The translations under genes and the position numbers were made by a program. From the NCBI GenBank assembly GCA_963749155.1, contig CAVVLO010000007.1, positions 1-62,928 of the forward strand: 62,928 nt of DNA, read 5' to 3'. The notes under the pieces are model-generated. The model was given only the letters and a program-made list of their open reading frames with translations. It did no database searches and had not been told where the DNA came from. How positions within the stretch are numbered: the first letter of the stretch is position 1; each line of letters opens with the position of its first letter. Of the stretch, positions 61,050 through 62,928 are shown piece after piece. Source of the stretch: an uncultured Armatimonadia bacterium (lineage in GTDB: Bacteria; Armatimonadota; Zipacnadia; CAVVLO01).

Positions 61050-62902
61050 CTAGTCAGGAAAGATTCGCGCCGCGTCGAGAAGCTCCTGCGGAAGGCCGGG
61101 CAGGTCGGAGGGGGCGGGGTTCATCAGCGCGGTGTAGACCTTCTCCGCCTCGCGACTCTCGAGGGCGTGGAGGCGGGTGGCGACGCTGAGGCAGAAGGCG
61201 GCGACGAAAACACACATCATCAGCCACGCCAGCAGCCAGTTGGAGAGCAGTCGCTTGCGCTGCGCGAGACCTGGCAGCAAGGTAAGCAGTGCTGTTTCAC
61301 GCCCGCTGCGTCTGCCCATCAGCACGGCCAGCACGATGGTCAGCACCAGAGCCGCCAGCCAGGCCACGAGCGCCGGCTTGCCCCCTCCCTGCCAGGCCAC
61401 CGCGACGCCGAAGCGTCCCACTAGCAGGGCAGTGAAGAGCGCGAGGAGGGGCCCCAGACTGCTGCGCCGCTTCGCCAGGGCTGGACGACGCCACCAGGCC
61501 TTTCGAGGTTTGGCGCGTCGCGGATGCGGCGACTTGAGAGTGGCCAGCAGCGCCAGGGGCATCGAGGCCAGCATACAGGCCGGGATAGCAACGCCAAACA
61601 GCGCCTTGACGAACTGCATTAGCGGCTCGAAGGACCAGACTGAGCATGCTGGGAGGCGATAGTGTCAGCGCCAAAGTGAGGGCCGCCAGGACCAGCGCTT
61701 CCCGGTGCTGCGGTGCGAACCAGGCTCCCAGTCGGAAGCGCTCTGGCAGGGGCGCGGCGCCTCTCTCGACAAGCAGTAGCAGCACTATGGCCAGCGCCGC
61801 GCCGACCAGGCTGCCAAGTGCTACTACTAAGCCATCGCAACCGTTCCCTGTGCGCCTGGCGGGCAAGTTCCATCGGCGAGGCGGGCAAGTCCTCCTGGCT
61901 CCGGAAAGCTGCCTTGAGGCGGGTGCTAGTAGAAGTTGCATAACTCGCCAGAGGGGCATATGCCGCCCCTTCCAGCTCGGTTCCCCAAGCTAGTGGTAGG
62001 TAGGCCTCGATCTGCCTCTCGTAGTCCACAGCTGGAAGCCCCGTGAGCGGCGTAAGTCGCGGTACAAGCCTGGCCAAGGCCGCGTAAAGCCGAGCGCTCT
62101 TCGGCGCCTGGCCACGTTGGAGCAGTTCGTGACCGCTGCTGACGCATGCCCAGGTCGCCCGGTCTGAGGAAACATCCCAGCAGGACTGGGCGAGATACTC
62201 GACCCACAGGGCGCCGTCTCCGCTTGGAAGGAGTCGGCAAGCGGCCCGCAGTGCCAGTGCGGAGGGGGCCACAAACGGATGGAACTCCGGGGCCCGGTGG
62301 GCTCTCTCCAGTGCCGCCAGCGTTGCCTCGTAGTTGCCCAGTTTGGCTTGGACGCCGGCCTGCATCAGGCAGAAGAGCCCCTCGCGCGGGAAGTCCCGCT
62401 CAGCCTGGGCGACCAGCACCAGTAGCTTGCAGAGGGCTCCGGTTCGCAACACCAGATGGGCCTGCGACGGGAGGGTCCTCGGCCAGCCCTCGACAGCCCA
62501 GCTTTCTGCTACAAGCCAGGCGGTGCGCAGGGCCAGCGAATCGGGGTAGCGTCTTGTCAGCCGCTGAAGCTGGGGGGCCTCCAGTGAGAAGGGCGGTTGG
62601 GCAAAGCCAGCAACATTGAACAGGGAGATGGAGGGCAACTGCAGCAACTCCAGCCCCCAGGCTTCGTCAACAGAGAGGTCAGACCTGTGCAGGGCGCGCG
62701 CGGCCGTGCGCTGCAGGCCCGGGCTTCCCCCGTAGGCCAGCCAACTAGCGAGCTCTACAAAGTTCAGGGGGTTGCTGTGAGTGATGTCCCAGGCGAGTAT
62801 GCGCAGGTCGGCTACCTCTTGCGTCCAGTCCCCAAAAGGCGCCGAGGCCGCAAGCAGTCCCGCTATCACCACGAGGAACAACGCCAGTTGCCAGACTCGC
62901 AC
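61050..62902 (-). CDS. Hypothetical protein: signal or anchor, helical TPR-like domain, C-terminal multi-TM domain; two +1 frameshifts (about 61830, 61630)
   Basis: Three ORF pieces join in order; AKLGNYEATLAALERA TPR-like segment; hydrophobic C-terminal helices. Confidence 0.55.
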
Positions 62903-62928
62903 AGGCTGCTCCCGTTGGACAGTGCTCT

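Noticed and set aside
58181..61053. Long plus-strand ORFs (373 aa and 343 aa)
   Set aside because: Antisense to glgC and GH172; no recognisable motifs
1..62928. CRISPR array, IS/transposase, integrase, prophage, rRNA, tRNA
   Set aside because: No spaced direct repeats, terminal inverted repeats or matching protein or RNA signatures seen by eye

Overview
A high-GC, densely coding bacterial chromosome segment, probably from an uncultured diderm anaerobe (GT9 heptosyltransferase-like genes, an outer-membrane beta-barrel, corrinoid-type methyltransferases); the taxon cannot be fixed from sequence alone. About 39 genes can be reconstructed. Many are split by single extra bases: about 30 frameshifts, every one I traced a +1 insertion, most likely unpolished long-read errors rather than pseudogenes. 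Content: (i) a methyl-transfer module (homocysteine S-methyltransferase domain, an MtaA/UroD-family protein fused to a CxxC thioredoxin, a stand-alone CxxC thioredoxin-like protein, a second UroD-family protein, DUF1638, an MFS permease, a CofE-like ligase) interleaved with (ii) many signal-peptide-bearing glycoside-hydrolase-like proteins (GH42-like, GH99-like, GH10-like, GH110-like beta-helix, alpha-toroid and uncharacterised TIM barrels), two of which seem to lack their catalytic glutamates; (iii) an ECF Ni/Co uptake operon led by a small beta-barrel gene, with a NikR-like operator over the -10 box; (iv) an exported FAD oxidoreductase flanked by carbohydrate-binding-like modules; (v) a surface-glycan locus (GT9, GT4, GT4 divergent from GH99-like, GT9 and two tandem GT-C paralogs); (vi) glgC, a CoA-binding protein, GH172 and mscS. 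No rRNA, tRNA, CRISPR array or mobile element was seen. Family calls come from recognised motifs, not database searches.
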